This document shows positions 25,610 to 35,447 of a DNA stretch of 64,000 nucleotides, in pieces (the first letter of the stretch is position 1; the number at the start of each line of letters is the position of its first letter). The position numbers were made by a program, and so were the translations under genes. Under the pieces are notes generated by a model. The model was not told where the DNA came from and did not search any database. It saw only the letters and a list, made by a program, of their open reading frames with translations. The stretch spans positions 3,533 through 67,532 of the forward strand of contig CAMPEU010000017.1 of assembly GCA_946804195.1 (NCBI GenBank). The letters run 5' to 3'. The DNA comes from an uncultured Candidatus Saccharibacteria bacterium. GTDB lineage: Bacteria > Patescibacteriota > Saccharimonadia > Saccharimonadales > Saccharimonadaceae.

Positions 25610-26829
25610 TTAGAGCAGCTGTTCAATTGGCGATAATCCGATGCTGTTATATAAAAAGCTTTACAAAGACTACCAGATATATCAACGGCGGCTTCCACGG
25701 GTGGAATACTACTCACCCCAGTCTCTACACGGCTTTTAACTCGACGAAATAAATCATTCGCTCTACCGGTGGAGTCAACCTCTGGCTGAATACCATCAAA
25801 CGAAACAACTGTATTGCCCTGCAACATCTCGACACTAAAAGTCGTACCGGTGTTATAGATTGCGCTAAGTAATAAATATGCTGTTTTTGTACCTGACCCT
25901 ATCATATCGGGCACTCCTACAGTTGCACTACATGCAAACCTATTGTCAAAATTCTCTTCGCATTTGATTTCAACAGGCTGCGAAGGAACTTGATTTTTCG
26001 ATTTTCGCTTGTTGTCTGCAAAGCTAAACGGCACACCACCGAGGCCATCACGTTTACTTGGTATTAAGAACAGAGTTGCATTGTTCGTTTTTTTGCCAGC
26101 ATTATCATCAAAATCGGACAATTGAAATTTATCACCAAATTGAATGAGTTGCGTGCGAATCAAAGGTGGACTATCTTTAGGCCAAACTGTTGCAGATGAC
26201 GAAGAAAGCTTTGGTAATAATGCATTCTCTGGCAAAGTCGGCCCAGTCGATACGCCGCCCGAGAGCTCTGTTTGCAAGTCCTCTGCCACGAACCAGTTAA
26301 TCCTTACTTTGTTAAATGCTTTATTCGACTTTAACTGAATCATTCGAGTCTCGTTCGCAATCAACTTGCCCTCGTAATCTAGAGTATCCATCTTTATCTT
26401 TACGCACGTATACGCCTGCTGAAGCAGTTGATCATCACCGCCAAGCTCTTTCTGCTCTACTATCACCTCTTTTTCACCCGTAAGACCGGGAAATATACCA
26501 GATTCCTGTATAGTGTTACATTCTTGATTACTCACCGCCAAGACATCAGCTAACGATTTACACACGTCTTTCTTTTCTTTTGTGCCTTCGCTAGTATTCG
26601 AACAATTATTCGTTTGATAATCAACGATAACACGCTTTGCATCTTCAACACCCGCATACGCAGAATCAAGTGCGCTTTTTGACAAATCAATTGTTGTTGC
26701 TTGCTGTTGATTCTGTACCATTATACGGACAAAGGCGACCGTGATTGTCGTGATCAAAAGTGCCGAAAAAATTACAATAAATAACGATACAGCCCCTCTT
26801 TGCTTGTCCTTACCTATTCCATATTGCAT
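25606..26829 (-). CDS. PilX/GspK-like minor pilin (last gene of T4P operon)
   Basis: QRGAVSLFIVIFSALLITTITVAFVRIM..SKSALDSAYAGVEDAKRVI and QPEVDSTGRANDLFRRV. Confidence 0.7.
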   Translation of the reverse strand: MQYGIGKDKQRGAVSLFIVIFSALLITTITVAFVRIMVQNQQQATTIDLSKSALDSAYAGVEDAKRVIVDYQTNNCSNTSEGTKEKKDVCKSLADVLAVSNQECNTIQESGIFPGLTGEKEVIVEQKELGGDDQLLQQAYTCVKIKMDTLDYEGKLIANETRMIQLKSNKAFNKVRINWFVAEDLQTELSGGVSTGPTLPENALLPKLSSSSATVWPKDSPPLIRTQLIQFGDKFQLSDFDDNAGKKTNNATLFLIPSKRDGLGGVPFSFADNKRKSKNQVPSQPVEIKCEENFDNRFACSATVGVPDMIGSGTKTAYLLLSAIYNTGTTFSVEMLQGNTVVSFDGIQPEVDSTGRANDLFRRVKSRVETGVSSIPPVEAAVDISGSLCKAFYITASDYRQLNSCSN

Positions 26830-26830
26830 A

Positions 26831-27553
26831 TCATGAACCTCCTCCGCCCCCCGCTAGGACTGTAAAATCAAACTTATTAACCGCACAGTAATCTTGCTGA
26901 GAAAGCGCATCACTCGGTGGCTTACATGTACCATCTACTGAATCTACTAGTATTGTGATCGCATCCTGATCATTTGTGCCTATCACCATCTGAATGCGAT
27001 ATAATGCCTGACTGGTGCTCAAATTGACAGATGTCCTCTCAATATCTAGCCCGTGTATTGCTATTGTCAAATCACCACCCCCTTTTACTGATAAAAGTTC
27101 CGTCGCGTTTGCTCTTGATATAGCCGTACCCCTGTTTTCTCGCAGACAGTATTTCCCATTTTTATCATTAATACGAGCAAATCCTATCTTCTCGTCGTTT
27201 GGATTATCATCTGGACTATATACATTAACTTGCGAATTACTCTTAATGGAGATACCATAATTCCACACATAGGTATATTTGCCAGTACAAAGCCTGCCGC
27301 CGACGACATCATCACCGTCCTTCATTTGTACAAAATTCGTAGCAGTAGCGAAAGGTTGCGACTGCCCTATAGTACGCCGCATATCTGCCGTAATAGCACG
27401 AGCCGATTGATCAACCATCCGCAGCGTCAAGCCTTTATTATAAATATTGCCAATCTGAATCACTGTCAACGCAACGGTGAGCAGCAAAACGGCAATAAAA
27501 GTCATCGCCAAAAGTAACTCAATAATTGTGAACCCCTTATTCTCTCGGTTCAT
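26831..27553 (-). CDS. Minor pilin with prepilin motif
   Basis: NKGFTIIELLLAMTFIAVLLL. Confidence 0.8.
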   Translation of the reverse strand: MNRENKGFTIIELLLAMTFIAVLLLTVALTVIQIGNIYNKGLTLRMVDQSARAITADMRRTIGQSQPFATATNFVQMKDGDDVVGGRLCTGKYTYVWNYGISIKSNSQVNVYSPDDNPNDEKIGFARINDKNGKYCLRENRGTAISRANATELLSVKGGGDLTIAIHGLDIERTSVNLSTSQALYRIQMVIGTNDQDAITILVDSVDGTCKPPSDALSQQDYCAVNKFDFTVLAGGGGGS

Positions 27554-28169
27554 ATAACCTCACAATCGTTCCTAAAGTGATCGGCGTTGATTGCCCCGGA
27601 CTATTCCAGCATGCGCGAATATGAAAATCGTAAAATCCAGATCTAGTCTTATTGTTACCTTTCACCTCTATAGACACTTCAGGCGAAGCCACTGCCTGTA
27701 TCCATATTCCCTCTGCTCTTGCGGGGGCGCCTCCAGCGTCATCGTAGCGCACTTGCGCATACGTTGCCGGTTGCCTCTCGCCCGACTGGTCGGCTAGCTT
27801 CATCTTTAGAACATCCAGAGTAAACCGCTTGGGGTCACCTGGCTGGGGTACATTACAGTTGGTGCCATCTGTAATCTCATTAAACTTATCCGCGAATGTG
27901 ACTGCGTGTCTTTCAACAATATCATGCCATAACTGCGTTGCTTCTCCGTTGCGGCCGAAATCAATAGAATAGGCGTGACTCAAATAACGCAGAGCATCCG
28001 CCTGTGCATCCATTTGCTGTCGCACTAATCCTATTTCTAACGCCGTTTGAGCTAATGCGGTGCCCCTGTTCATCAAAGCCATACCACTAATAGCTAAGAA
28101 ACTGAACACAGTAATCGCAAACAAGACTTCAATAATTGTATCGCCCCTGCTATGGCTAGTTATGCGCAT
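27537..28169 (-). CDS. Minor pilin with G/DTIIE motif
   Basis: SRGDTIIEVLFAITVFSFLAISGMAL. Confidence 0.7.
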   Translation of the reverse strand: MRITSHSRGDTIIEVLFAITVFSFLAISGMALMNRGTALAQTALEIGLVRQQMDAQADALRYLSHAYSIDFGRNGEATQLWHDIVERHAVTFADKFNEITDGTNCNVPQPGDPKRFTLDVLKMKLADQSGERQPATYAQVRYDDAGGAPARAEGIWIQAVASPEVSIEVKGNNKTRSGFYDFHIRACWNSPGQSTPITLGTIVRLYEPRE

Positions 28170-28903
28170 ACTGAATCCACCTCATTGACCGTTATCCCAT
28201 CTTGACTAGCAATCCGAGAATCAATATTCACAGAAAATATTGGTAGCGCTCCTCTGTCACCGTCAACGCACAACCTTAATATTCCATCCGTATTAATAGA
28301 AGGAGATGAAGCGAGAGGGGGGGTGACCATTGTGCGTAAGTCACTTGGTAATGCATTAGACGAAGTGAATATTCGCAAAAGCCCATTAGCTGGAGAGCGC
28401 AGAATGAGCATAGAAAATTCCGGATTATTCGTTACTTCAACCTGCCAATCAAGTTCTTTTTCCTCTTGTCCAAAGTTAGATTTTTTAGGCAAATATTTTT
28501 TTATTATATCCAACTCACCATCGCCAGGAGCTATGTTTACTGGCTCTGTCCCTATGACAGAATACGTATGCAATATAGTTCCACTACTGCCCATTTCGAT
28601 TGCCTTACCTAGCAAAACACATTCCGATGTACCCCTGGAAATGCTGGTAGAAGGATTTTCGTTAAAATTACCTCCTACGCAGGTCGTAGTATCCTCGCGT
28701 CCATTTCTAGTATTGTCCACCTCCACGTATTGATCTTGTAAAAAGGCCGAGAAGTTGTACACACCTTCCCTGTATCTTTGTTGTGCAATATTTGTACCAA
28801 CACCCACCATAAGTGCAACGAACAAAATGCTCGAAATACCTAAAAAAAGTACTACCTCAATAACCGTGAATCCCCGTTGAATTTCGGTGTTCATATAGCC
28901 CAA
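28160..28903 (-). CDS. Minor pilin with prepilin motif
   Basis: QRGFTVIEVVLFLGISSILFVALMVG. Confidence 0.8.
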   Translation of the reverse strand: MGYMNTEIQRGFTVIEVVLFLGISSILFVALMVGVGTNIAQQRYREGVYNFSAFLQDQYVEVDNTRNGREDTTTCVGGNFNENPSTSISRGTSECVLLGKAIEMGSSGTILHTYSVIGTEPVNIAPGDGELDIIKKYLPKKSNFGQEEKELDWQVEVTNNPEFSMLILRSPANGLLRIFTSSNALPSDLRTMVTPPLASSPSINTDGILRLCVDGDRGALPIFSVNIDSRIASQDGITVNEVDSVCA

Positions 28904-28917
28904 TTATAGCATAAGTA

Positions 28918-29805
28918 CTATGAGGTACCCAGAGTAAACAGGATGTACCAATCAATAATTTGCGTACCGAATATTCCAGCAAAGAACCAGCCTGCTATCA
29001 AGAATGGGCCAAACGGTATGTGTGATTGACGCTTTATCCGGCCGCTCAACATCATTGGCATTAACACTACTGTGCCGATCAGGTTTGCCAAGAACAATGC
29101 CAGCGCTGCTAATTTCCAGTCCGCAAGCAGTAATGCTAACACGAGCCCCAACTTGACGTCGCCATATCCGATCCACTGATGTTTCGAGACAACGTATATG
29201 ACATAGTACAAACCACTGAGGATTGTCACCGCCAAAGCAATGTTTGCAACCTGTGAAAATACATCCGTCTGCCCATACAACGTTGTTAGGCTAAAGACAG
29301 CCCCTATCACGAACAGCGTGTACATTACCCTGTCTGGCAGCAAGAACCATTTGCTATCGTAGACAAATAGCATTGCCAGTCCTACTCCCGCAACAAGCCA
29401 GCTAGCAAATTGTACCAATGCCCACGCAGTATCCAATTGATACGGCCAAAAGTAATACGACACGGCGAAGAATGCGGCAACACCAAGCTCGATAGTTGGC
29501 TCTAGCCAGCCTATTCGTTTATGGCAATAACGACACTTGCCGCCTAGTTGTAGCCAACTAGCAATTGGTATCAAATCGTACCACTTTAGTTTATGCCCAC
29601 AATGTAGGCAAACCGAGCGATCCTTTGTGATGCTGGTTTTTTTGATAGCCTTGACCTCGTTGGAATCACGACCGCCCACTTTTTCACCAGCCTTCTTGTC
29701 TTCTCGTAACTGACTAGCGCGCAAACGCCATACCGTCGCACCAGCAAAGCTGCCAAAGAATAGACCAACGACCCCTAGTAGAATTGTGTTCATCAAAACA
29801 ATCAT
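28918..29805 (-). CDS. pilD: Prepilin peptidase (A24 family)
   Basis: Cys-rich CLHCGHKLKWYDLIPIASWLQLGGKCRYC, GYGDVKLGL and IPFGPFLIAG aspartyl-protease motifs. Confidence 0.9.
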   Translation of the reverse strand: MIVLMNTILLGVVGLFFGSFAGATVWRLRASQLREDKKAGEKVGGRDSNEVKAIKKTSITKDRSVCLHCGHKLKWYDLIPIASWLQLGGKCRYCHKRIGWLEPTIELGVAAFFAVSYYFWPYQLDTAWALVQFASWLVAGVGLAMLFVYDSKWFLLPDRVMYTLFVIGAVFSLTTLYGQTDVFSQVANIALAVTILSGLYYVIYVVSKHQWIGYGDVKLGLVLALLLADWKLAALALFLANLIGTVVLMPMMLSGRIKRQSHIPFGPFLIAGWFFAGIFGTQIIDWYILFTLGTS

Positions 29806-29841
29806 GTTTATATAGTACCAGCTATTAGATAGGTTTACTAT

Positions 29842-30342
29842 CTACTTGTTGTCAAGACAATACTTAGCGCTCTGACCTTCGAGTGCCATCAGGAGAACAT
29901 ATTGACGGCTTGATCCGTTAGCTGTAGTTCCACCTGGACCACATACTTTACCTGTAATATATTGGATTCTTGATAGGCTGTTGGTCAGAGTCGCCGTGGA
30001 TGATGACTGTATTGTGTAATTCATGCCGGACGGATCAATATAATCATCACCCGCAAGCGTTCCCGTGGTTCCGCCTAGATAATTTGTGACGAAACTCGAT
30101 AACGTACCCGTTGTCCCTGTCGTAACAGGAATTGCACCCCTACTCGATGACTGGAATTGGCTAATTTGCGAAGCTATCCTTGATAGGTCTGATTTACGCT
30201 GTGTATTACGCTGGCTACTTTGCAAGGCGGGTAGCGCGATAAACACCATCACGAAAATTAACGCTGCAATAGCAAGAACCAACACGACCTCGATAATCGT
30301 AAAGCCTTTTTTTGCAACTAATTTGTTATTACTCTTTTTCAT
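29842..30342 (-). CDS. pilA: Type IV major pilin
   Basis: KKGFTIIEVVLVLAIAALIFVMVFIALPAL, a Thr/Ser/Gly-rich head and a C-terminal Cys pair (C..C). Located directly between pilC and pilD. Confidence 0.8.
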   Translation of the reverse strand: MKKSNNKLVAKKGFTIIEVVLVLAIAALIFVMVFIALPALQSSQRNTQRKSDLSRIASQISQFQSSSRGAIPVTTGTTGTLSSFVTNYLGGTTGTLAGDDYIDPSGMNYTIQSSSTATLTNSLSRIQYITGKVCGPGGTTANGSSRQYVLLMALEGQSAKYCLDNK

Positions 30343-30454
30343 GTGATTCCCACCTTTCTAGTGAACGTTAGTGCATGAATTCGTTTCTATTTTTATAATT
30401 AAAAACGCTCATCCTTATCGTACACAACAAATTAACAAATGTCTACAATATTCT

Positions 30455-31666
30455 TTAGACTTGTATGGTATTAACGAGGCTGTAAATTGGCAGCAAGATA
30501 GCAGCAACCATACCGCCAGCCATCAGCGCCAAAACAACCATCAAAATTGGTTCTATTGATGTCGAAAGAGCGTTAATCTCTTCATCGAGCTCGTTTTCGT
30601 AAATCGTAGCTGTTTTGCCCATCATTTCGTCAATCCGACCAGACTTCTCACCGATACTGATCATTTGTGGTACTAGCGAAAGTATATGCTCCTCTACAGA
30701 TAGAGATGACGAGAGGTCCTTACCGCCTTTTACCTTTTCGGCCGCACTATCAATTTCTGCAGCGATAATACTATTGTTGACCGCCTCACTGGTAATCGCA
30801 AGCATATCGAGCATACTCACGCCTGTGTTTAACAACGTTTGCCCGGTGCGCATAAACCTCGCCATATACAAGCGCTGAAACAGTCGCTTGAAGACAGGTA
30901 CGCTTAACTTGAACGTGTCCATAGCCCTTTGCCCACCTTCGGTTCGTAAATACTGCATCAGCAGATAACCACCCACGACGGCCACGATAAGAATCGCCCA
31001 CCAATACTGCGTCAAAAACATTGATATATTGACAATAATCTGTGTAATAAGCGGTAGTTGCTGGTTTAAATCAGTATAGAGTTTTTCAACCTGTGGTACC
31101 ACAGTAAAGAACATAAACGCCATAACTGCCAAAATAACAAACAAAACAATTCCAGGATACATCATAGCGCCACGAATTTTACCCGATATAGCTGCGTCCT
31201 TTTCTTGTTGAGCCGCAACCCGTTGCAATGCCCCATCTAGCGTACCTGACGCCTCACCAGCCGCAACTAACGCGAGGAATAGCTTGTCAAATACCATTGG
31301 ATGCTTCGCGAAGGAATCATGCAGTGATTTACCCGATTCAATAGATGCAATTACTTCCTGGACGATACCTCGCAAGCGAGTATTTTGCGTTTGATCGACA
31401 AGAGTATGTAAACTTTGCGATAAAGGTAAGCCAGCCGCGATCAGAGTCGAAAGTTGACGGGTAAAAATAACTTTATCTTTTGTAGTGATACGTCCCGTAA
31501 AACGCGCAAAAAAGCTATCATCAGCCGCAGCTTCTGTAATATTCAGAGGGACGAGACCCTGGGCGGTAAGTACCTTTACTGCTCCGCTTTCTGATTCTGC
31601 CTGAACCATCGCCTTGACGACTTTGTGAGTAGTACTATCTTTTGCTTCGTAATTAAACTTGCGCAT
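30455..31666 (-). CDS. pilC: Type IV pilus platform protein (GspF/PilC family)
   Basis: 403 aa; duplicated T2SSF domain pattern with three TM segments. Confidence 0.9.
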   Translation of the reverse strand: MRKFNYEAKDSTTHKVVKAMVQAESESGAVKVLTAQGLVPLNITEAAADDSFFARFTGRITTKDKVIFTRQLSTLIAAGLPLSQSLHTLVDQTQNTRLRGIVQEVIASIESGKSLHDSFAKHPMVFDKLFLALVAAGEASGTLDGALQRVAAQQEKDAAISGKIRGAMMYPGIVLFVILAVMAFMFFTVVPQVEKLYTDLNQQLPLITQIIVNISMFLTQYWWAILIVAVVGGYLLMQYLRTEGGQRAMDTFKLSVPVFKRLFQRLYMARFMRTGQTLLNTGVSMLDMLAITSEAVNNSIIAAEIDSAAEKVKGGKDLSSSLSVEEHILSLVPQMISIGEKSGRIDEMMGKTATIYENELDEEINALSTSIEPILMVVLALMAGGMVAAILLPIYSLVNTIQV

Positions 31667-31675
31667 AATCTATCA

Positions 31676-32746
31676 TTAACCCCTCATTAACCGTTCGAAT
31701 TCTGTCAAATCAACCGCAAAACTACGAGCTTCATCGTAGGTGACAACACCACTTTGAACCAAGCCGACGAGTGTTCTATCCATCGTCTGCATTCCTGTGT
31801 CAGCCCCTGTTTGAATCACCGCGTCCAACTGATGGCTTTTGCCTTCGCGAATGATATTACGAACTGCTGGATTTGCGATCAATACCTCGGCGGCCACTAC
31901 CCGTCCACCGCCTATCGTAGGAATAAGCCGCTGTGAACATATGCCCATGAGAATGTTTGATAACTGTGCACGAATTTGAGATTGCTGGTGCGGTGGAAAT
32001 ACGTCAATCATACGATCGATTGATTGTGCGGCACTGTTAGTGTGAAGTGATGCTAGCACCAAATGTCCAGTCTCGGCAATCGTAATCGCTGCACTAATTG
32101 TCTCCAGGTCACGCATCTCGCCAATCAACACAACATCCGGGTCTTGGCGAAGACTCGAACGAAGTGCGGCAGAAAAACTATACGTATCGTAATGAAGCTC
32201 ACGCTGTACAATAACGGATTTCTTTGACTTGTGCGTGAACTCAATAGGATCCTCGATTGTAATAATATGCTGTGATGTTTCGTCATTCAATTTATCAATA
32301 AGTGCAGCGAGTGTCGTTGACTTACCACTCCCCGTTGGGCCCGTTACCAGGACTAATCCACGGGGGTAATTAGCAAAATTCAAAACAATCGGAGGTAAAC
32401 CTAGCTCTGTAATCGACTTTATTTCGTTCGGGATCAATCGAAGCGCAGCGGCAATATTGCCTTTCTCGTGATATGCATTAACCCTAAAACGGCCCAAGGT
32501 ACCAAATGCAAAGCTAAAGTCAAATTCCTTGTCCTTGTCCAAAATCTGTCGTTGATCGGCATCTAGAATCGCAAAAATCAATGTTTCTACCGCCGGTTCA
32601 TCCAGCTGATTAAATCCGGGCATCGGAAGTAATGCACCATCAACGCGTAGCATTGGTGGTAATCCGACCTGTAGATGCAAGTCAGACGCTTGGCGCCGTA
32701 CTACTTCTTCTAGCAAAATTTCAATTCTGAGTTCTTGGTTTGCCAT
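31676..32746 (-). CDS. pilT: Twitching-motility retraction ATPase
   Basis: Walker A GPTGSGKSTT, His box and the PilT-specific AVRNIIREGK motif. Confidence 0.9.
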   Translation of the reverse strand: MANQELRIEILLEEVVRRQASDLHLQVGLPPMLRVDGALLPMPGFNQLDEPAVETLIFAILDADQRQILDKDKEFDFSFAFGTLGRFRVNAYHEKGNIAAALRLIPNEIKSITELGLPPIVLNFANYPRGLVLVTGPTGSGKSTTLAALIDKLNDETSQHIITIEDPIEFTHKSKKSVIVQRELHYDTYSFSAALRSSLRQDPDVVLIGEMRDLETISAAITIAETGHLVLASLHTNSAAQSIDRMIDVFPPHQQSQIRAQLSNILMGICSQRLIPTIGGGRVVAAEVLIANPAVRNIIREGKSHQLDAVIQTGADTGMQTMDRTLVGLVQSGVVTYDEARSFAVDLTEFERLMRG

Positions 32747-32760
32747 ATCTTTTCGTCTTT

Positions 32761-34524
32761 CTACGCGGTATCCGCCGTTACACGATTTACTTCCTCGAGG
32801 GTTGTAACGCCTTGTAACGCCTTTAGATATCCGTCTTGGCGCATGGTAATCATACCTTCTGCGACCGCTTGTTTTTGGATTTCACTACTGGTCGCGCGAT
32901 TGACGATAAGTCGTTGGATGGTTTCTGTCACATCCATTACTTCGTAAAGTCCGGCCCGACCACTGTAACCCCGTGGGGTCGCAGGGGTATCTTTACCCTT
33001 AACTAAAGTATAAGCGTTTTGACCCGCAAGTGGCAAGTCTTTATATCCTAAATCTTGAGAAATCTGTGCAACCTCAGCGGCCGACTTGGGTAAAAGGTGA
33101 CCTACCGTTGTTAAAATATTCTGCGTTTCTATAGGAGTTGACTGATATGTGTCACGTTTTGGCGCCACTCGTCGAACTAAACGCTGACCGATAATTGTAT
33201 TGACAGTACTGGCGATCAAAAATGGCTCAATCTTCATGTCTAATAGGCGTGGTAGCACTCCAGCCGCACTATTGGTGTGCAGTGTGCTAAGCACCAAGTG
33301 GCCCGTCAACGACGCCTGAACAGCCAAGGCCGCCGTCTCTTCGTCGCGAATCTCACCAACCATCACGATATCTGGATCCTGACGCAAGATTGATCGCAGG
33401 CCTGTCGCAAATGTCAATCCAACCTCACTATTTACCTGAATCTGATTAACGCCTCCGATTTTATATTCCACCGGGTCTTCTAATGTCACAATGTTAACTG
33501 AATCATCCTTGATTTCTTGTATCAGTGCGTAAAGGCTCGTTGACTTACCGCTACCAGTTGGTCCGGATGTAAGAATCATACCGTTAGGTCGATGAGATCC
33601 TTTGCGGATGGCACGTAATGCCCTACCCGCATAGCCCATTTCTTCTAGCTGGAAGGAGGCACCAGACTTATCCAGCAAACGAATAACAACTTGCTCACCC
33701 CAAACAACAGGGCTAATCGCAATACGCAAGTCAACCTCTTTGTTCGCAACACTGACCGCTGATTGACCATCCTGTGGCACACGATGTTCATCTATTTTTA
33801 GGTTGGACAAGATTTTTATTCGACTTACCAACGCTGGCTCTATTGCTTTTGGTAACTGCATAATCTCTCGCAAAACCCCATCGACACGAACTCGGATCTT
33901 CAAAGCACCCTGTAATGGTTCGATATGAATATCACTAGCACGACTCTTTACCGCATACTCCAAAATCGTCGATAACGCACGGCTAATCGGTGAATCCTGA
34001 ACGATAGTTTTTATACTAGAAGACTCTTCTTTTTCCGCCTCTTCCTTAGAAGCTTCGGCAGCGACATCAACCGAAGACAAGTCTGTCTTGTATTGATCTA
34101 GTACGTGACGTATACCCGCCTCGGATGCCATGAATACTTTTAAGGGCCTGCTGATACGACTCGAGAGATAATCTACTGCCTGAACGTTACTTGCATCAAC
34201 CATTGCTACCGCAAGCCTATTTCGTACTTCCGCCAATGGCACAGCCATAAATCGCTCTGCAACGTCCTCGGGAATCAAATCGAGCACCTTTTGATTGATG
34301 AGGCTATTCGTTAAATTAACGTATGGCGTTCCGGATATCTGAGCGAGCGCGTGCGTCATCATCTCGTCATCAATAATATGTTTATCGGACAATAACGCAA
34401 ACAAAGGCTGCTTGGTTTTCTTTGACTCCTCGCTCATCGTCGCCAACGTTTCTTTTGAAATGAGGCCTTCTTCTTGAAGAAGTCCTATCAGCTTATCCTG
34501 CATGTCTGTGGTGAGTAGCGCCAC
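32761..34524 (-). CDS. pilB: Type IV pilus assembly ATPase (GspE/PilB family)
   Basis: N-terminal T2SSE_N-like repeats, Walker A GPTGSGKSTS, Asp and His boxes; 587 aa. Confidence 0.9.
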   Translation of the reverse strand: MALLTTDMQDKLIGLLQEEGLISKETLATMSEESKKTKQPLFALLSDKHIIDDEMMTHALAQISGTPYVNLTNSLINQKVLDLIPEDVAERFMAVPLAEVRNRLAVAMVDASNVQAVDYLSSRISRPLKVFMASEAGIRHVLDQYKTDLSSVDVAAEASKEEAEKEESSSIKTIVQDSPISRALSTILEYAVKSRASDIHIEPLQGALKIRVRVDGVLREIMQLPKAIEPALVSRIKILSNLKIDEHRVPQDGQSAVSVANKEVDLRIAISPVVWGEQVVIRLLDKSGASFQLEEMGYAGRALRAIRKGSHRPNGMILTSGPTGSGKSTSLYALIQEIKDDSVNIVTLEDPVEYKIGGVNQIQVNSEVGLTFATGLRSILRQDPDIVMVGEIRDEETAALAVQASLTGHLVLSTLHTNSAAGVLPRLLDMKIEPFLIASTVNTIIGQRLVRRVAPKRDTYQSTPIETQNILTTVGHLLPKSAAEVAQISQDLGYKDLPLAGQNAYTLVKGKDTPATPRGYSGRAGLYEVMDVTETIQRLIVNRATSSEIQKQAVAEGMITMRQDGYLKALQGVTTLEEVNRVTADTA

Positions 34525-34536
34525 GCGAGACCCCCC

Positions 34537-34764
34537 TTACGGTAATTGCTTTTCGCCGATAACAACCTCGACGGTCGGATTAATTGCATCCTTATTAAAT
34601 ATAGTGCTGTCTGGCTGAACGATTGATTCAGTAATCACAGACGCAGTTCTGACTGTCTGAGACTCGGTTGTCGGACTACCTATCAATGCATTTGCAACAA
34701 AATATGCCACAATCACACTAATAGATGCTATGAAGATCAATACAGCGATGTCACTACGTTTCAT
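34537..34764 (-). CDS. Small single-TM protein within the T4P operon
   Basis: 75 aa with N-terminal TM IAVLIFIASISVIVAYFVANALI. Overlaps the upstream gene by 4 nt, suggesting translational coupling. Confidence 0.5.
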   Translation of the reverse strand: MKRSDIAVLIFIASISVIVAYFVANALIGSPTTESQTVRTASVITESIVQPDSTIFNKDAINPTVEVVIGEKQLP

Positions 34765-35447
34765 GGCTTGACCACCTTATCAGTTAGTTGTACCTTTTGA
34801 GCTGGTTCGTAAAATCCTCGTCCATCAGCCGATAGAGTTACTTTGCCGCCCTGACTCTCAATAGACATAGTATCGATTGTAAATGGCCTAATCGATCGCT
34901 CGATTTGTTGCAAAATTTTGCGCAGTCCGTCTTGATTATCGGCCGTACTGATAGTGAACGAAAATCCTATTCCAGTTGCTTCAGAATCACTACTATTAGA
35001 ATCTGAACCGTCGTCTTCAACGCCACTCACCGGTTCTACCCGAAGTGATTCGATGATTATGCCACTAACTCCCGATAATAGTCTTGTTTGTAATGAAGAT
35101 GCCATTGCAGTTGAATTTGCGTCAGCAGGCAACGCATCCAAAATCACCTGTAGCGCCGGGTCATTACTATCTAGTCGTACCGACTGTAGATCTTCATTTG
35201 TATTCAATAGGCTTACGCTATCCTTCAACTTAGGCACAACCTCTAGATTTTCTTTCAGAGTATCTGCCGTTTTCTGCTTTTCCAGAATCACCCGTTCACC
35301 ATACCAAATACCTTGCGCTAAAAAGATCATAAGAACAACAGAAAATCCAACGACAACCGATACACCAGTAATCCAAAGAAACATTGTACGATTGGATTTA
35401 GCTATTTGTTGGCGCTTTTTCAATCCGCCACCTTTTGAATTATCCAT
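34761..35447 (-). CDS. PilO-like pilus alignment protein
   Basis: Bitopic topology (TM MFLWITGVSVVVGFSVVLMIFLA), coiled-coil segment, and position after pilN. Confidence 0.55.
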   Translation of the reverse strand: MDNSKGGGLKKRQQIAKSNRTMFLWITGVSVVVGFSVVLMIFLAQGIWYGERVILEKQKTADTLKENLEVVPKLKDSVSLLNTNEDLQSVRLDSNDPALQVILDALPADANSTAMASSLQTRLLSGVSGIIIESLRVEPVSGVEDDGSDSNSSDSEATGIGFSFTISTADNQDGLRKILQQIERSIRPFTIDTMSIESQGGKVTLSADGRGFYEPAQKVQLTDKVVKP

